64,000 nucleotides of DNA from Planctomycetota bacterium (GTDB lineage: Bacteria > Planctomycetota > SZUA-567 > H5-PLA8), in assembly GCA_045863855.1 (NCBI GenBank), contig BTVV01000005.1:53631-117630 (forward strand), written 5' to 3'. The first letter of the stretch is position 1. Each line of letters starts with the position of its first letter. Under the pieces are notes generated by a model. The model was not told the DNA's origin. It ran no database searches and worked only from the letters and a program-made list of their open reading frames with translations. Shown here piece by piece: positions 27,378 to 37,309 of this stretch. A program made the position numbers and the translations under genes.

Positions 27378-28319
27378 TTAAGGAATCGCTTTTGCGAAGA
27401 CCGGCTTCAGCCGCTCGATATTTTCCTTCATCAGCTCGAAGTAATCTTTTCCGTTCAATAAGCCGCCCGGATAGCAGACGGCGACTTCCAGTCCGAATTC
27501 GTCCTTCAAGCGCTTGGCGATTTCCGGCTTGGGTTCGGATTCCCAGACCATGTATTTCGCGGGATGTTGCTTGAGTAATGCGCGCAGATCCTGGAGCGCC
27601 TTGTCGTCCGGCATCTCGTGCGGCTCGAAATGCACGGCCCGATAGTTCCACTTATACCGGCGCGCCAGGTAGTCGAAAACGGGGTGGCTGCCGACGACCG
27701 GTACGCCGGCGTAGTCCTTCATCAGGCCGGTCCATGCCGCGTGCAACCCATCGAGCTCCGTGCTCAGACCTTCGAAGCCCGGCTTGAAATCGGCGGCGTG
27801 GCCGGGCCAGCGTTTCACCAATGCGTCGTACACCGCACGGGCCTGAATTTTGGCCTGGAGCGGGTCGAGCCAGGTGATGCCGATGAAACCGGTATGCGAG
27901 TGTTCGCCCTCCGGACCGTGGCTGTGCGTGACGGACCCGGGCAGCGGGATGAACTCGGCCTTGAAGGCGCGAGCGGTATCGACGAGTTTCGATTCGGACA
28001 GGGAAGCGCGCGCCACCCACTTGTCGTATCCGGCTCCATTGAGCAGGATCAGGTCGGCGTGCTGGTAGGCCTGGAGCGCCGCGTCGTCCGGCTGCCAGAA
28101 TTCGGGATCTTCGTCGCCGGAATGCGGAAAGTGAACCTTGACCTGCCCGCCGCCGATGCGTTCGGCGAAAACGCGCAGCGGATCGTTGGTCACGCAGATC
28201 GTATGCGCATCGGCGTCGCGCGCCTGAGTCTTGCCGGCCTCCGTCTTCCCGGAGCCGCCACAGCCCGCGAGAGCCGCGAGCACCGCCAGTGTGGCCAGGC
28301 AAAGAGCGAATCGGCTCAT
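27378..28319 (-). CDS. Metal ABC transporter substrate-binding lipoprotein (ZnuA/TroA-like)
   Basis: Lipobox LAGC; DP..W.P, ADLILLNGAG, His-rich HSHGPEGEHSH, WLDP, HPVFDYL. Confidence 0.85.
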   Translation of the reverse strand: MSRFALCLATLAVLAALAGCGGSGKTEAGKTQARDADAHTICVTNDPLRVFAERIGGGQVKVHFPHSGDEDPEFWQPDDAALQAYQHADLILLNGAGYDKWVARASLSESKLVDTARAFKAEFIPLPGSVTHSHGPEGEHSHTGFIGITWLDPLQAKIQARAVYDALVKRWPGHAADFKPGFEGLSTELDGLHAAWTGLMKDYAGVPVVGSHPVFDYLARRYKWNYRAVHFEPHEMPDDKALQDLRALLKQHPAKYMVWESEPKPEIAKRLKDEFGLEVAVCYPGGLLNGKDYFELMKENIERLKPVFAKAIP

Positions 28320-28348
28320 GCAGGCGTTCCTGGTTTCTAGCGCCGCCA

Positions 28349-29524
28349 TTACGAAAGCAGCCAGCGCGATAGCGGTGCTTCGAATGCGACCGTAAGTCCG
28401 GCGGCAGCAGCGGCCAGCAGCAGGCTTAATACAAAAACGATACCCAACTCCGCGGCCATCGCCAAGGCCACGGTGCCGCGCCGGCAGCCCAGCCGAAAGA
28501 GCGTTTCGCGCTCACGCGCCCGCAAGCGCAGCGAAAGCCAGACCGTAAGGGCCAAAAAGCCGGCCGTCGCCAACGCCACCAGCGCGAAGTTGGCGTCGAA
28601 GAAGCGCTTGGCCTTAAAGACCAGCCCCAGCAAACCCTCGATCTCCACGGCCGGTACGCGCAACTGCACGCGCTCGTGGCGTTCGTAACGGCCGCGCAGC
28701 AGCGCCGCCGCCTTCGCGTCGGGCGGCACAACCAGGACCGCACCCAGCGGAAACGTGTCCTCGTCGCCGTGAAAATGGAAGCTCGCGATATTCGCATCGG
28801 TGATCTCGGTGTACGCGGTCAGCGCAGCGTTAGCGACGACGTTGCCGTCCTCGCGTTTCAGGATCGTTCCGGGTTCGGCACGCTTAACCACATCCGTATG
28901 CCCGTGGCCAAGGCCTTGCGCAATCCAGACGGTGCGCAGGTCGGCGAAGACGGCGTCGTCGTCGGGCGAGCCCGACGGCGCGAGCACGCCGGTGACGCGC
29001 AGCTTCAGCGGATACGCGCCGGCCAGATCGAGCACGTTCTCGGGATCGGTGAGGAGCGCGCCGCCGGGCTGGGCGCCGAGCCTGCGCGCGGCGGCGGCGC
29101 CGACGACGCAATCGCCCAGGCGCAGCGGAAGGTGCCCTTCGGCCGTCTCCAAACCGCGAAAGTAAAAGTAATCGAGGGAAGTGCCCACCAACGGCGCGCC
29201 TTGAGCCGTGAAGCGCGCATAGAGCGGAATGGCGAGGCCGAGTTCCTCTTCGCGCAGCTTTCTCGCATCGCCGGCCTGCAAACCCGGCGGCGCCGCGCCG
29301 CGGAAATAAAGCGCGTGGAGCACGAGGTCGTAGCGACTGCCCCGCGCGCCGGCCACCAGCGGCGTGGATTGCGCCCGCGCCATCAACCGTTCCGAATAGC
29401 GTTGCATCAGCACCTGTACGGCCAGCGGCAATCCCAACGTCAGCGTGACGCTGGCCACCAGCAGCACGGTCTGAAGCCGGTGGTGAAGCACGTATCGCCA
29501 AGCGAGAAAGAGCGGGCCGCTCAT
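28349..29524 (-). CDS. FtsX/MacB-type ABC transporter permease
   Basis: N-terminal TM, large periplasmic domain (GARGS..LVL..LYF, VTGVL..SGSPDD), C-terminal R.RE...FRLG. Confidence 0.82.
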   Translation of the reverse strand: MSGPLFLAWRYVLHHRLQTVLLVASVTLTLGLPLAVQVLMQRYSERLMARAQSTPLVAGARGSRYDLVLHALYFRGAAPPGLQAGDARKLREEELGLAIPLYARFTAQGAPLVGTSLDYFYFRGLETAEGHLPLRLGDCVVGAAAARRLGAQPGGALLTDPENVLDLAGAYPLKLRVTGVLAPSGSPDDDAVFADLRTVWIAQGLGHGHTDVVKRAEPGTILKREDGNVVANAALTAYTEITDANIASFHFHGDEDTFPLGAVLVVPPDAKAAALLRGRYERHERVQLRVPAVEIEGLLGLVFKAKRFFDANFALVALATAGFLALTVWLSLRLRARERETLFRLGCRRGTVALAMAAELGIVFVLSLLLAAAAAGLTVAFEAPLSRWLLS

Positions 29525-30186
29525 GCGCGCGCACTCCCGGCCACCGCGCCGAGATCGACGACGCGCGGGAAACGCTCCAGCAGGCTGCGGTCATGCGTGA
29601 CCGCAATCAGCGTCGCGTTGCGCTCGCGGCCCAGACGCAGAAGCAGGTCGAGCGCTTGCTGCCCCGAGGCCGGGTCCAGATTGCCGGTGGGTTCGTCGGC
29701 CAGAATCAAGGCCGGCTGGGCGATCAGGGCGCGGCAGAGCGCGACGCGCTGGCGTTCGCCTTGCGAAAGCGCGTCGACGCGGCGGCGGAGCTTGTCCTGC
29801 AAGCCAACCTCGGAGGCCAGCGCGCGAACCGCTTCGAGCGGCGGCAGAGCGCCGAGGCTGGGGTTAATCCGGTACGGCAGGCGGATGTTCTCGGCCACGT
29901 CGAGGTAATCGAGCAATTCGAAGGTCTGAAAGACGAAGCCGATGCGCTGCGCCCGAAAGTCACGCCGCGCCGCGTCGTTCAGGCCGGTCAGTTCGCGGCC
30001 GTCGACGCGAATCGTGCCGCGCTGCGGTGACGCGATCCCCGCCAGCAGGTTCAAGAGCGTCGATTTACCGGAACCGCTGGGGCCGATCACCGCGACGGCT
30101 TCGCCCGCAGCCGCGTCGAAGGCGGGGAGTTCCAGCGCCCAGGTTTCGCCCGGATACGCGAAGCGTACGCCGCGCAATTCGATCAT
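29521..30186 (-). CDS. LolD/MacB-type ABC ATP-binding protein
   Basis: GPSGSGKST, FVFQ, LSQGERQR, ADEPTGNLD, VTHD. Confidence 0.95.
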   Translation of the reverse strand: MIELRGVRFAYPGETWALELPAFDAAAGEAVAVIGPSGSGKSTLLNLLAGIASPQRGTIRVDGRELTGLNDAARRDFRAQRIGFVFQTFELLDYLDVAENIRLPYRINPSLGALPPLEAVRALASEVGLQDKLRRRVDALSQGERQRVALCRALIAQPALILADEPTGNLDPASGQQALDLLLRLGRERNATLIAVTHDRSLLERFPRVVDLGAVAGSARA

Positions 30187-31991
30187 GGCGCGGGCTCCGA
30201 TTTACGAACGGCCTGCGGGCGGCGCAGGTAGGTCTCGTCGCGCACGCGCTCTTGGCGTCCGACTTGCATCGCCACGATCTTCCAACGCCCCTCGCGCGGT
30301 TCGATCCGGAAGCGAGCCGCGTAGGCGTTGGCCCGCGCATGGACGTGCCCCCAGTGTTCGACAGTGCCTTCCACCGTCCAGTTCGCTTCGACCTCGAAGG
30401 CGGCGCTTTCCGGTTGGGGCCAAATGGGCGCGGCGTTCTGCACCTCCACCCGAACGATCTTCGCGCGCGCGCCGCCCTGTTCTTGAATGGTCAGGCTTTC
30501 GTGCACCTGCAAATACAGGGTGGTCAGCAGGTCTCCGGCGACGCTCTTTTCGAGCGCGTCGTAGATCTCGCTCTCGTCGCGATAGTCGAACGCGCGATAC
30601 AAGTTGCCGTGCAAGGTCTGGAAGATCGCGCGCGCGGCTTCGGCCGTGGGTTTGCGCACACCCGATCCGCCGGCGAAGGGCGTATCCCACCAAGCGAAGG
30701 GCAAACAGCCCGCCGCGCCGACGGCCAGCACACTTAACCAAAGCGCGGCCGGGAGCCTGCGGCGGCGCGCCAGGCGCACGATGCCCAGCAGCGCGAGCAG
30801 CCCCGCGGCGGCCAAGGCGATCAAGGGCAAGCGCAGCGGTTCGGGTGCTTCGGTTTGCACTTCCACGATGCGCGCCCACTCGCGGCCTTCGGGCGCCGTC
30901 CAGACGAAGCCGGGCTCCTTTGGCGTGAAGCGATGGGCGCTCACATCCTCGCCTTCGAAGACTTGCGTGTACACCTCCGTCAGTTTGGTGTCGAAAAGCG
31001 GCCAAGCCAGGCGCAATTCCCGCAGACCGCTTTTTGCGCCGTAGGCGAGCAGCACGCTGACGCGGGTGAGCGGCGCGACCACATCCTGGCGCGCGTCGAT
31101 GGCCGCCAGATCCTTGAAGCGCGTGGAGAGAAACTGAATTTGCCGGATCTCGGGCGCGACTTCGAGCCCGTTCACGGTCGCGGAAAGGCGAGCTTCGAGG
31201 AACGCTTCGAGCGCCGGGCGCGCGGCGTCCTGTTCGGCGACGGTGAGCAGTCCGAATTCGGCGCGCGGAATCTCGTGGAAACGCTCCAGCAGATACAACG
31301 GCAGGAGCAGTTCGTGGCGCACTTCGAAATCGTCGAGGTACAGGAAACTGTAGACGCTTTCGACGGCGCTGAACTCGTCGGCGACCCCGTCGCCTTCGAG
31401 CGCGGGCTTGGGCTTCTCGGTCAGGTACGAAGGCTTCCCGCCGTCCCACGAGAAGCCCAGCGTCAGCACGCGCCCCTTGCCGACGGCCAGGGCCTTCGAC
31501 CACGGAAAGCCTTCCTGCTGCACGGTCAATTCGACCACCGAAGGAAGCACGTCGGTGCCGCCGATCGTTTGACCGAAAGCCAGGCCGTCGGGCGGAGCTT
31601 CGAGCTTGTAATAAAACGTGTACGTGACTACGAAGGCCATCATCCGGCCGAAGGGCAGTCCGTCCGGCGGAAACGGATCGTGCTCCAAGGTGACGAACTG
31701 CCCTTCGAGCTTGCGACCGTCCGGCAGCAGCAGCGCGATGGCGTCGAGCAGGTATTGGCGGTGTTTGTCGCGGGCTTCGAGGAAGGTGCTTTCGATCAGT
31801 TTGCCGCCGGGAAGGTTGCCGGCGTGGATCAAGTAGTAGTCCTCGGCCATGACTTTTACGGTGAGCGTGATGCCGTCCCGCGCGACCTTCATTTCGGCCC
31901 AGGAGACCGAGAACGGATGCGCGTGCGACCGCCGCGCGGAGACGGACAGCAGCAGGCAAAGCACGATCCAAGCGCTCGGGCGTAGCCTCAT
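30183..31991 (-). CDS. Hypothetical exported/membrane protein, first gene of the metal ABC operon
   Basis: Signal peptide ending AHP (mature N-terminal His); two late TMs; ATGA overlap with the ATPase. Confidence 0.7.
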   Translation of the reverse strand: MRLRPSAWIVLCLLLSVSARRSHAHPFSVSWAEMKVARDGITLTVKVMAEDYYLIHAGNLPGGKLIESTFLEARDKHRQYLLDAIALLLPDGRKLEGQFVTLEHDPFPPDGLPFGRMMAFVVTYTFYYKLEAPPDGLAFGQTIGGTDVLPSVVELTVQQEGFPWSKALAVGKGRVLTLGFSWDGGKPSYLTEKPKPALEGDGVADEFSAVESVYSFLYLDDFEVRHELLLPLYLLERFHEIPRAEFGLLTVAEQDAARPALEAFLEARLSATVNGLEVAPEIRQIQFLSTRFKDLAAIDARQDVVAPLTRVSVLLAYGAKSGLRELRLAWPLFDTKLTEVYTQVFEGEDVSAHRFTPKEPGFVWTAPEGREWARIVEVQTEAPEPLRLPLIALAAAGLLALLGIVRLARRRRLPAALWLSVLAVGAAGCLPFAWWDTPFAGGSGVRKPTAEAARAIFQTLHGNLYRAFDYRDESEIYDALEKSVAGDLLTTLYLQVHESLTIQEQGGARAKIVRVEVQNAAPIWPQPESAAFEVEANWTVEGTVEHWGHVHARANAYAARFRIEPREGRWKIVAMQVGRQERVRDETYLRRPQAVRKSEPAP

Positions 31992-32082
31992 GGCGTACGG
32001 AAGATACGCCGCTGCGGCGCGGACGGCTATGCCGAATCGAGCGTCCCTCGCGGTAGAGCGCTCGAACAGGTATGCTTAAGGC

Positions 32083-32838
32083 ATGAGTAGCGGGCACGAT
32101 TCCGCCGCGTTGCCGTTGAACGCCTCCTTGGAAAAGCCGCCGTCCGAGCTTGCGCCGGAGGCGCGGCTTCCGTTTCGCGGCTTCAAACACTGGGGCGGTC
32201 CGTTGGCCGGTTTATCGGCCGGCGCGCTGGCGGTGCTGGTGGCGTGGATCGATCCGAATACGCCCTTCCTGGCGGTGGGTTTGTGCGTCCTCGGCGCGCT
32301 GAACGCCTACCTGCTTTCGCTGATCAATAAATCGCTCATCGGTTCGATCGTGGCAGTGCTGGGCGGATTTGCCGTGGGCTTGGTGGGCGTGGGCCTGCCG
32401 ACCTTCCTGGCCGACCTGGATGCTGGCGCCGACGATCTGGCGCAGCGCGTCATGGTTCCGGTTCTGCTCTTTTTTGCCCCGATTCTGGTCGGCACCGGAC
32501 CGTTGCTCCTGGCGATGCTCTTTCAGATCGACCGGCCACGCGGTTTCCTGGTGCGGCTGCTGCTGGGCACGGCTGCTGGGCTGCTGGCCGCGATCTGCGG
32601 TCTGGTGGTCTACGGGATGCTCGATTCGCTTTTCGATGCCCTCCCGGATGGCCTGATCAGCGTCGCGGCCTTCACCGCGGCCAACTACGTGCTCTTCCGG
32701 CTCCAAGTTCTGTGTCTGATCGAGTCGGCCGGCGGCGACAACGTGCTCCGGCCCGGCTACGTCGATCCGGCCGATGACGCCCCGGCAAGTGCGCCCCCTC
32801 CGTCGGCCTCGGCCGCTCAAGCCGACGACGAGCCTTGA
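32083..32838 (+). CDS. Hypothetical multi-pass membrane protein
   Basis: About 6 hydrophobic segments; typical codon usage. Confidence 0.65.
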   Translation: MSSGHDSAALPLNASLEKPPSELAPEARLPFRGFKHWGGPLAGLSAGALAVLVAWIDPNTPFLAVGLCVLGALNAYLLSLINKSLIGSIVAVLGGFAVGLVGVGLPTFLADLDAGADDLAQRVMVPVLLFFAPILVGTGPLLLAMLFQIDRPRGFLVRLLLGTAAGLLAAICGLVVYGMLDSLFDALPDGLISVAAFTAANYVLFRLQVLCLIESAGGDNVLRPGYVDPADDAPASAPPPSASAAQADDEP

Positions 32839-32848
32839 ACGGAAAGCC

Positions 32849-33295
32849 ATGAGCGATCCAGGATATTTGCCCGGTTACACGAAAGGCGTGTGGCTCTTTA
32901 ATGAGCGCTACTTCTTCGAGTGCCACGAGATTCTAGAACTACTTTGGCTCGAGTCGGTGGGCTACGAGAAGACGCATTACCAGGCGCTCATTCATGGGGC
33001 GGTCTGTTTCGTGCACTGGGAAAATGGGAACCGCAAAGGCGTACTCTCGCTTTACCGTACCTTTCGCCAGAAGGCCGAATCGCTTCCAGGCGCTTGGTTT
33101 ATGGGGGTGCACCTGGCGCAGTTGGTGGCCGATATGAGCGTGCTGGTGGAGCCCTATCGCAACGATCCCGATCTGCCACTCGCACCCTTTGCAACGCTGC
33201 GCACACCGCGGATGGAAGTCCAAGGTTTCGAACCCACCCCGGTGGACGAGGCGGAACTCCTGATTTTAGGCCGCCACGAAGCGGATGAGTCGTAG
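32849..33295 (+). CDS. DUF309 domain protein
   Basis: LFNERYFFECHEILELLW...YQALI...H..GN..G signature. Confidence 0.85.
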   Translation: MSDPGYLPGYTKGVWLFNERYFFECHEILELLWLESVGYEKTHYQALIHGAVCFVHWENGNRKGVLSLYRTFRQKAESLPGAWFMGVHLAQLVADMSVLVEPYRNDPDLPLAPFATLRTPRMEVQGFEPTPVDEAELLILGRHEADES

Positions 33296-33487
33296 GCCTC
33301 GGCAGCAATTTCAGGCGAACAGACCTCTGAATCGGTATGCCATCGGCTCGTCCATCCCTAAAATGCCCGAGGTGCACGCGGCGCTTCGTAAAAAGGCACG
33401 AAATCGTCGGAAAGTAGATATCCTTCGGGCCTGAATTACGTGTCTCAGTAGAAGATGAACCGGGAAACCGTTCGATCATGAGGAGTC

Positions 33488-33515
33488 TTGACACGCGAGG
33501 CCAGCATTTTAACAT
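33488..33515 (+). promoter_or_regulatory. Putative sigma-70 promoter
   Basis: TTGACA-N16-TAACAT in an AT-richer intergenic region ~90 nt before ATG 33605. Confidence 0.45.
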
Positions 33516-33604
33516 GGTGCAACTCGTGTGGATCGGACTTTAGGCTAAGTACTTGTAATGACTTGTATGCTATGACTGTAAACCATCGGTTGGGAGATCG
33601 GGGC

Positions 33605-35032
33605 ATGGGCGCGGTACAAAAGGCTTTGGGAATCTGCTTGGTGTTGGGGCTTGGCCTGTGCGCAACCGGTTGGGCGGCGGAGAGTATTACGCTGAAGTTC
33701 CCCGGCGGCTCGGCGCGCGGCGAGGTCGTTAAGGTCACGAATAGCGAAGTAGTGCTTAAAAACAGCGCAGGCAAGGAACAGATCATCCCCGCGGCGATGC
33801 TGGAACCGAAGGATCTGCTGCATTGCCGCAAGCAGATTCTCGATCCGAAGGACGCTAAGGGACACTTCGAACTAGGCGAGTTCTGCCTCAAGAAGAACTT
33901 GAAAGAGCAAGCCAAAGAGTTGCTCACGCAGGCTTCGACGCTCGATCCGGCGGCTTACAAACTGAAGGTCGAGGAACTGCTGGGCGCGAAGCCGGAAACG
34001 CCGCCGGCGGAAGTCGCTCAGAAGCCCGAAGAGAAGCAGCCCGAAAAGGAAGCTCCGAAAACGGCCGACCCGGAGAAAAAGGACGGCGACGGCGAATGGA
34101 TCGAAGTGCGCGGGCCGAACGGTCAGATCTTCAAGATTCCCGCCAACCTGATGGCCAACCAGGAAGATATCGCGCCGAAGAAGCCGGACGAATGGGAAAA
34201 GTTCAAGACCGACCGGCTGCAGGAGCTCAAGCGCGTCTGCGGCGGGGACTGGAAGGTCGAAGAGACGGCGCATTATTGCCTCTTCAACAACCTCGATCCG
34301 AAGGACTACGAAGCGCTGAAGGTGCAGTGCGAAGGGCTGTACGGCTTCCTGAAGGAAGTGATGGACTATAAGGAAGGCGATCCGCTCTGGAACAACAAGT
34401 GCCCCGTCTACTTCATCAAGACGCGCAACCAGTTCCTGCAGTTCGCGTCGCAGATCGACCGAGCGCCCGGCGCCGCGAACTCGGGCGGCTATTTCCGCCA
34501 CCGCGGGCGCGAAGTTCATATCGTGATTCCGCTGTACGATTGGATGAACGGGAAGCAGAAGATCGAGACGGCCACCAGCACGCTGTACCACGAAGGCACG
34601 CACGCCTTCCTGCAACTCGTGGGTAAGAATACGCAGTTGAACTCGTGGCTGCACGAAGGCATGGCGCAGTTCATCGAGTTCCTGTGCATGGAGCGCTACA
34701 CGGGCAGTAACAACTTGGGCGACCGCAACCGCGCGGTGGGCATCCTGCGCCAGGCCGTACGAGACGGCGATGTGATCAGTTGGTACGAAGGCCGGCAGCG
34801 GCCGATGGGCGGCGGCGACCACCCCGGCTACGCCTTCGCCTGGTCGCGCTTCCACTTCCTGTACACCTGCTTCCGCAGCAATCCGCGGGCGTTGCCGACC
34901 ATGATCAACGCGATCAAGGACGGCAAGTCCGAAGAGGAGGCGATGAAAGCGGCCTTCGCGAAGTCGTACGACGAGTTGGAGCAGGGTTATCGGGTCTGGA
35001 TGGAACAGGCGTCCAAAAATAACTTCAAATAG
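33605..35032 (+). CDS. Exported gluzincin-type metallopeptidase-like protein (DUF1570-like)
   Basis: Signal peptide; HEGTH followed by WLHEGMAQF; Y...W motif. Confidence 0.75.
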   Translation: MGAVQKALGICLVLGLGLCATGWAAESITLKFPGGSARGEVVKVTNSEVVLKNSAGKEQIIPAAMLEPKDLLHCRKQILDPKDAKGHFELGEFCLKKNLKEQAKELLTQASTLDPAAYKLKVEELLGAKPETPPAEVAQKPEEKQPEKEAPKTADPEKKDGDGEWIEVRGPNGQIFKIPANLMANQEDIAPKKPDEWEKFKTDRLQELKRVCGGDWKVEETAHYCLFNNLDPKDYEALKVQCEGLYGFLKEVMDYKEGDPLWNNKCPVYFIKTRNQFLQFASQIDRAPGAANSGGYFRHRGREVHIVIPLYDWMNGKQKIETATSTLYHEGTHAFLQLVGKNTQLNSWLHEGMAQFIEFLCMERYTGSNNLGDRNRAVGILRQAVRDGDVISWYEGRQRPMGGGDHPGYAFAWSRFHFLYTCFRSNPRALPTMINAIKDGKSEEEAMKAAFAKSYDELEQGYRVWMEQASKNNFK

Positions 35033-35173
35033 GCTGGAAACGCCGGCGCGAATATCGGGCAAAAGCGCTCTGGACCTCGTCTCGCATTCTGTGCTACAAC
35101 CTGCCCCGGCTCCCTGAATGTGCGGGAGCCGGTTTGCATAGTCGCTTTTCCAAGACAGGACACCTAAAGCCCC

Positions 35174-36025
35174 ATGTCTGAAATCGAACTCGCCTGCCAC
35201 CTTTCGCCGTGGGGGCAGCACGGCATGATTAACGCGCTCTCGGATATCGAGAGCGCGGGCTTCAAGGGCATCGAACTGCCCGCGATCGTCGTGGAGCAAT
35301 TCGAGGACCGCGTGCAGGTCTTCAACGAGATCCTATTGGAGCATCACATTCAGCTCGTCGCGATCACCGCCGGCGGCAGCAAGTGGCCGGGGATGAACCT
35401 GGACGAGGAAGTCGAGCGCTGCCTTAATATCGCGCGCTTCCTGAAATCGGCCGGCGCGCGGGTGCTGTGCCTGTACCCGCCCAAGCCGAACCCCGAGCAT
35501 CCCATCGAAGATGAGTTGGACCTGATGCCGGCCGCGACGGCGTACGGCGAGATCGCGCGCCGAACCCTCGAGCAGGACGTCATTACCTGCATCCACCCCG
35601 AATTCGGGACCCTGGTCGAGGACGAGAAGACGCTGGAGAAGTTCAATCAGATGGCCGATCCGGAGGCCCTGAAGCTCTGCCTCGACGTCGGCTGGCTGGC
35701 CGAGGCCGGCCTTTCGCTCACCGGCTTCGTGAAGTCGTACAAGAAGAAGCTGGGGCTCGTCCACCTTAAGGACTTGAAGTTCAAGAAGGGCAAGATCGCC
35801 AAGCCGCACAAAGAGAAGGGCAAGGAAGACCCGCGCCCGCACGCCGTCGAACTGGGCAAGGGCGGGCTGGATCTCGAAGCTTACGTCGATGCGCTACTGG
35901 TCGCCGAATTCTCCGGCTGGGCCACGGTGGAGTTCGATCCGCCCGAGGAGCCCGGCCGCACGCTGCGCAGCCTCGCCAAAGCCTGCCACGACTACGCCGA
36001 ACACACCCTCGACCTGGTGCTGTAA
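35174..36025 (+). CDS. Sugar phosphate isomerase/epimerase (xylose-isomerase-like TIM barrel, IolE-like)
   Basis: GFKGIE, HPE, CLDVGW, VHLKD, ELGKG, VEFD. Confidence 0.85.
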   Translation: MSEIELACHLSPWGQHGMINALSDIESAGFKGIELPAIVVEQFEDRVQVFNEILLEHHIQLVAITAGGSKWPGMNLDEEVERCLNIARFLKSAGARVLCLYPPKPNPEHPIEDELDLMPAATAYGEIARRTLEQDVITCIHPEFGTLVEDEKTLEKFNQMADPEALKLCLDVGWLAEAGLSLTGFVKSYKKKLGLVHLKDLKFKKGKIAKPHKEKGKEDPRPHAVELGKGGLDLEAYVDALLVAEFSGWATVEFDPPEEPGRTLRSLAKACHDYAEHTLDLVL

Positions 36026-36042
36026 CCCAGGGCCGGGTTCGC

Positions 36043-36064
36043 GGGCGGCTTCGGAAAGCCGCCC
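36043..36064 (+). terminator. Hairpin, possible terminator
   Basis: GGGCGGCTT-CGGA-AAGCCGCCC perfect 9-bp stem 17 nt after the stop codon; no U-tract. Confidence 0.4.
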
Positions 36065-36173
36065 TGTGCCGCCGCATGGCTTAAGCCCTAACCGCGTGGC
36101 GCTACCCGCGCCCGCTTGCGATCCGTGCACATAGCGTCTTGACCGGATTCCCGAAACGGGCGAACATCAAGGC

Positions 36174-37163
36174 ATGCGCTTTCTCTTCATCTGCATCCCA
36201 TGGACGCTGCTGCTTCTTGCCGCGGCCGCACAGGCCGGCGAAGGCGAGGCCGCGGATCTGCGCCTGCGTTTGGCGAAGGACGCTCAGATTCGTTACGCGT
36301 GGGATATCGAATACGGCACGCAGAGCAAAGGGACCGAGCGCGGCAAGCCTCTGGACCTGCGCGTCGACAAGGACCTGAAGCTTAACGTGCGCCTGCAGGG
36401 GATCGTTCCGCCGTCGCAGGCGCCGATCGGAGCGAGTTTGCGCTTCGACCGCTTCGAACTGGAAGAGAGGCGCAAAGTAGGCGAGGCGCTCCAGTCGCGC
36501 CTGCGCGTCGACCGGCGCCAGATTTTCCTCGAAGAGAACGGGAAGGTGCAGATCGACAGCCTGAACGACATCGGTCTGGAGAAGATCACCGATTATCAGC
36601 GCAACCTGCGCGGACTGGAACGGCATGAGGTCCACCTGGGCTTCGAGTCCACGGGCAAGCAGGCGCACGTGGCCGGCGACACGCAGCTCGTGGAGACGCT
36701 GTACGGGCACAGTTCGCAGGGGCTCTTCCCGGTCTTGGCGGGACAGGAAGTGAAACCGGGTGAGGGTTGGACCGACGCGTTCGGGATTCCGATGCTGGGC
36801 GAGTTGAAGCTGGACGAGCCGGCAAAGGTGACTTCGCGCTTAAAGTTCGCGGGCTGGATGAAGAAAGACGGCAAGGCGCTGGCGCTGGTGGACGTGGTTT
36901 CGTTCTGGGAGAGCACCGACCTGCGCGGACGCGACGAGGCGGGTCTGGAGGTGACGATCACGCGGCTGGACGGAATGGGCGCGGGCACCTGCACGTTCGA
37001 TCCGGTAGCGGGCGCGTTCGAAGAAGGCACGATGACGTTCCAGCTCAAGTACCGCCTGGAAGGCCGGCGCGAAGGCGAGAAGACGGAACTCGAAGTGGAA
37101 GGCAAATCGCGGACGAAGTTCAAGCGCGTGGAACTGGGCGAGGCCGGACCGAAGCCGGAGTAG
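36174..37163 (+). CDS. Hypothetical exported beta-rich protein
   Basis: Signal peptide (AQA); alternating beta-strand patterns. Confidence 0.7.
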   Translation: MRFLFICIPWTLLLLAAAAQAGEGEAADLRLRLAKDAQIRYAWDIEYGTQSKGTERGKPLDLRVDKDLKLNVRLQGIVPPSQAPIGASLRFDRFELEERRKVGEALQSRLRVDRRQIFLEENGKVQIDSLNDIGLEKITDYQRNLRGLERHEVHLGFESTGKQAHVAGDTQLVETLYGHSSQGLFPVLAGQEVKPGEGWTDAFGIPMLGELKLDEPAKVTSRLKFAGWMKKDGKALALVDVVSFWESTDLRGRDEAGLEVTITRLDGMGAGTCTFDPVAGAFEEGTMTFQLKYRLEGRREGEKTELEVEGKSRTKFKRVELGEAGPKPE

Positions 37164-37309
37164 GTTTGGGCTTCAACCGCCGAACGCCAAGCACCCCACA
37201 AGCGGTAACATGCCAAGGGCCAGGCTTCGGCCGCGATTCCGGGGCGCCGCTTGACCCTCACGGCGGTAAGCGCGTATCCTAATCGAACGAGGCGGGACGG
37301 AGATTCGAG

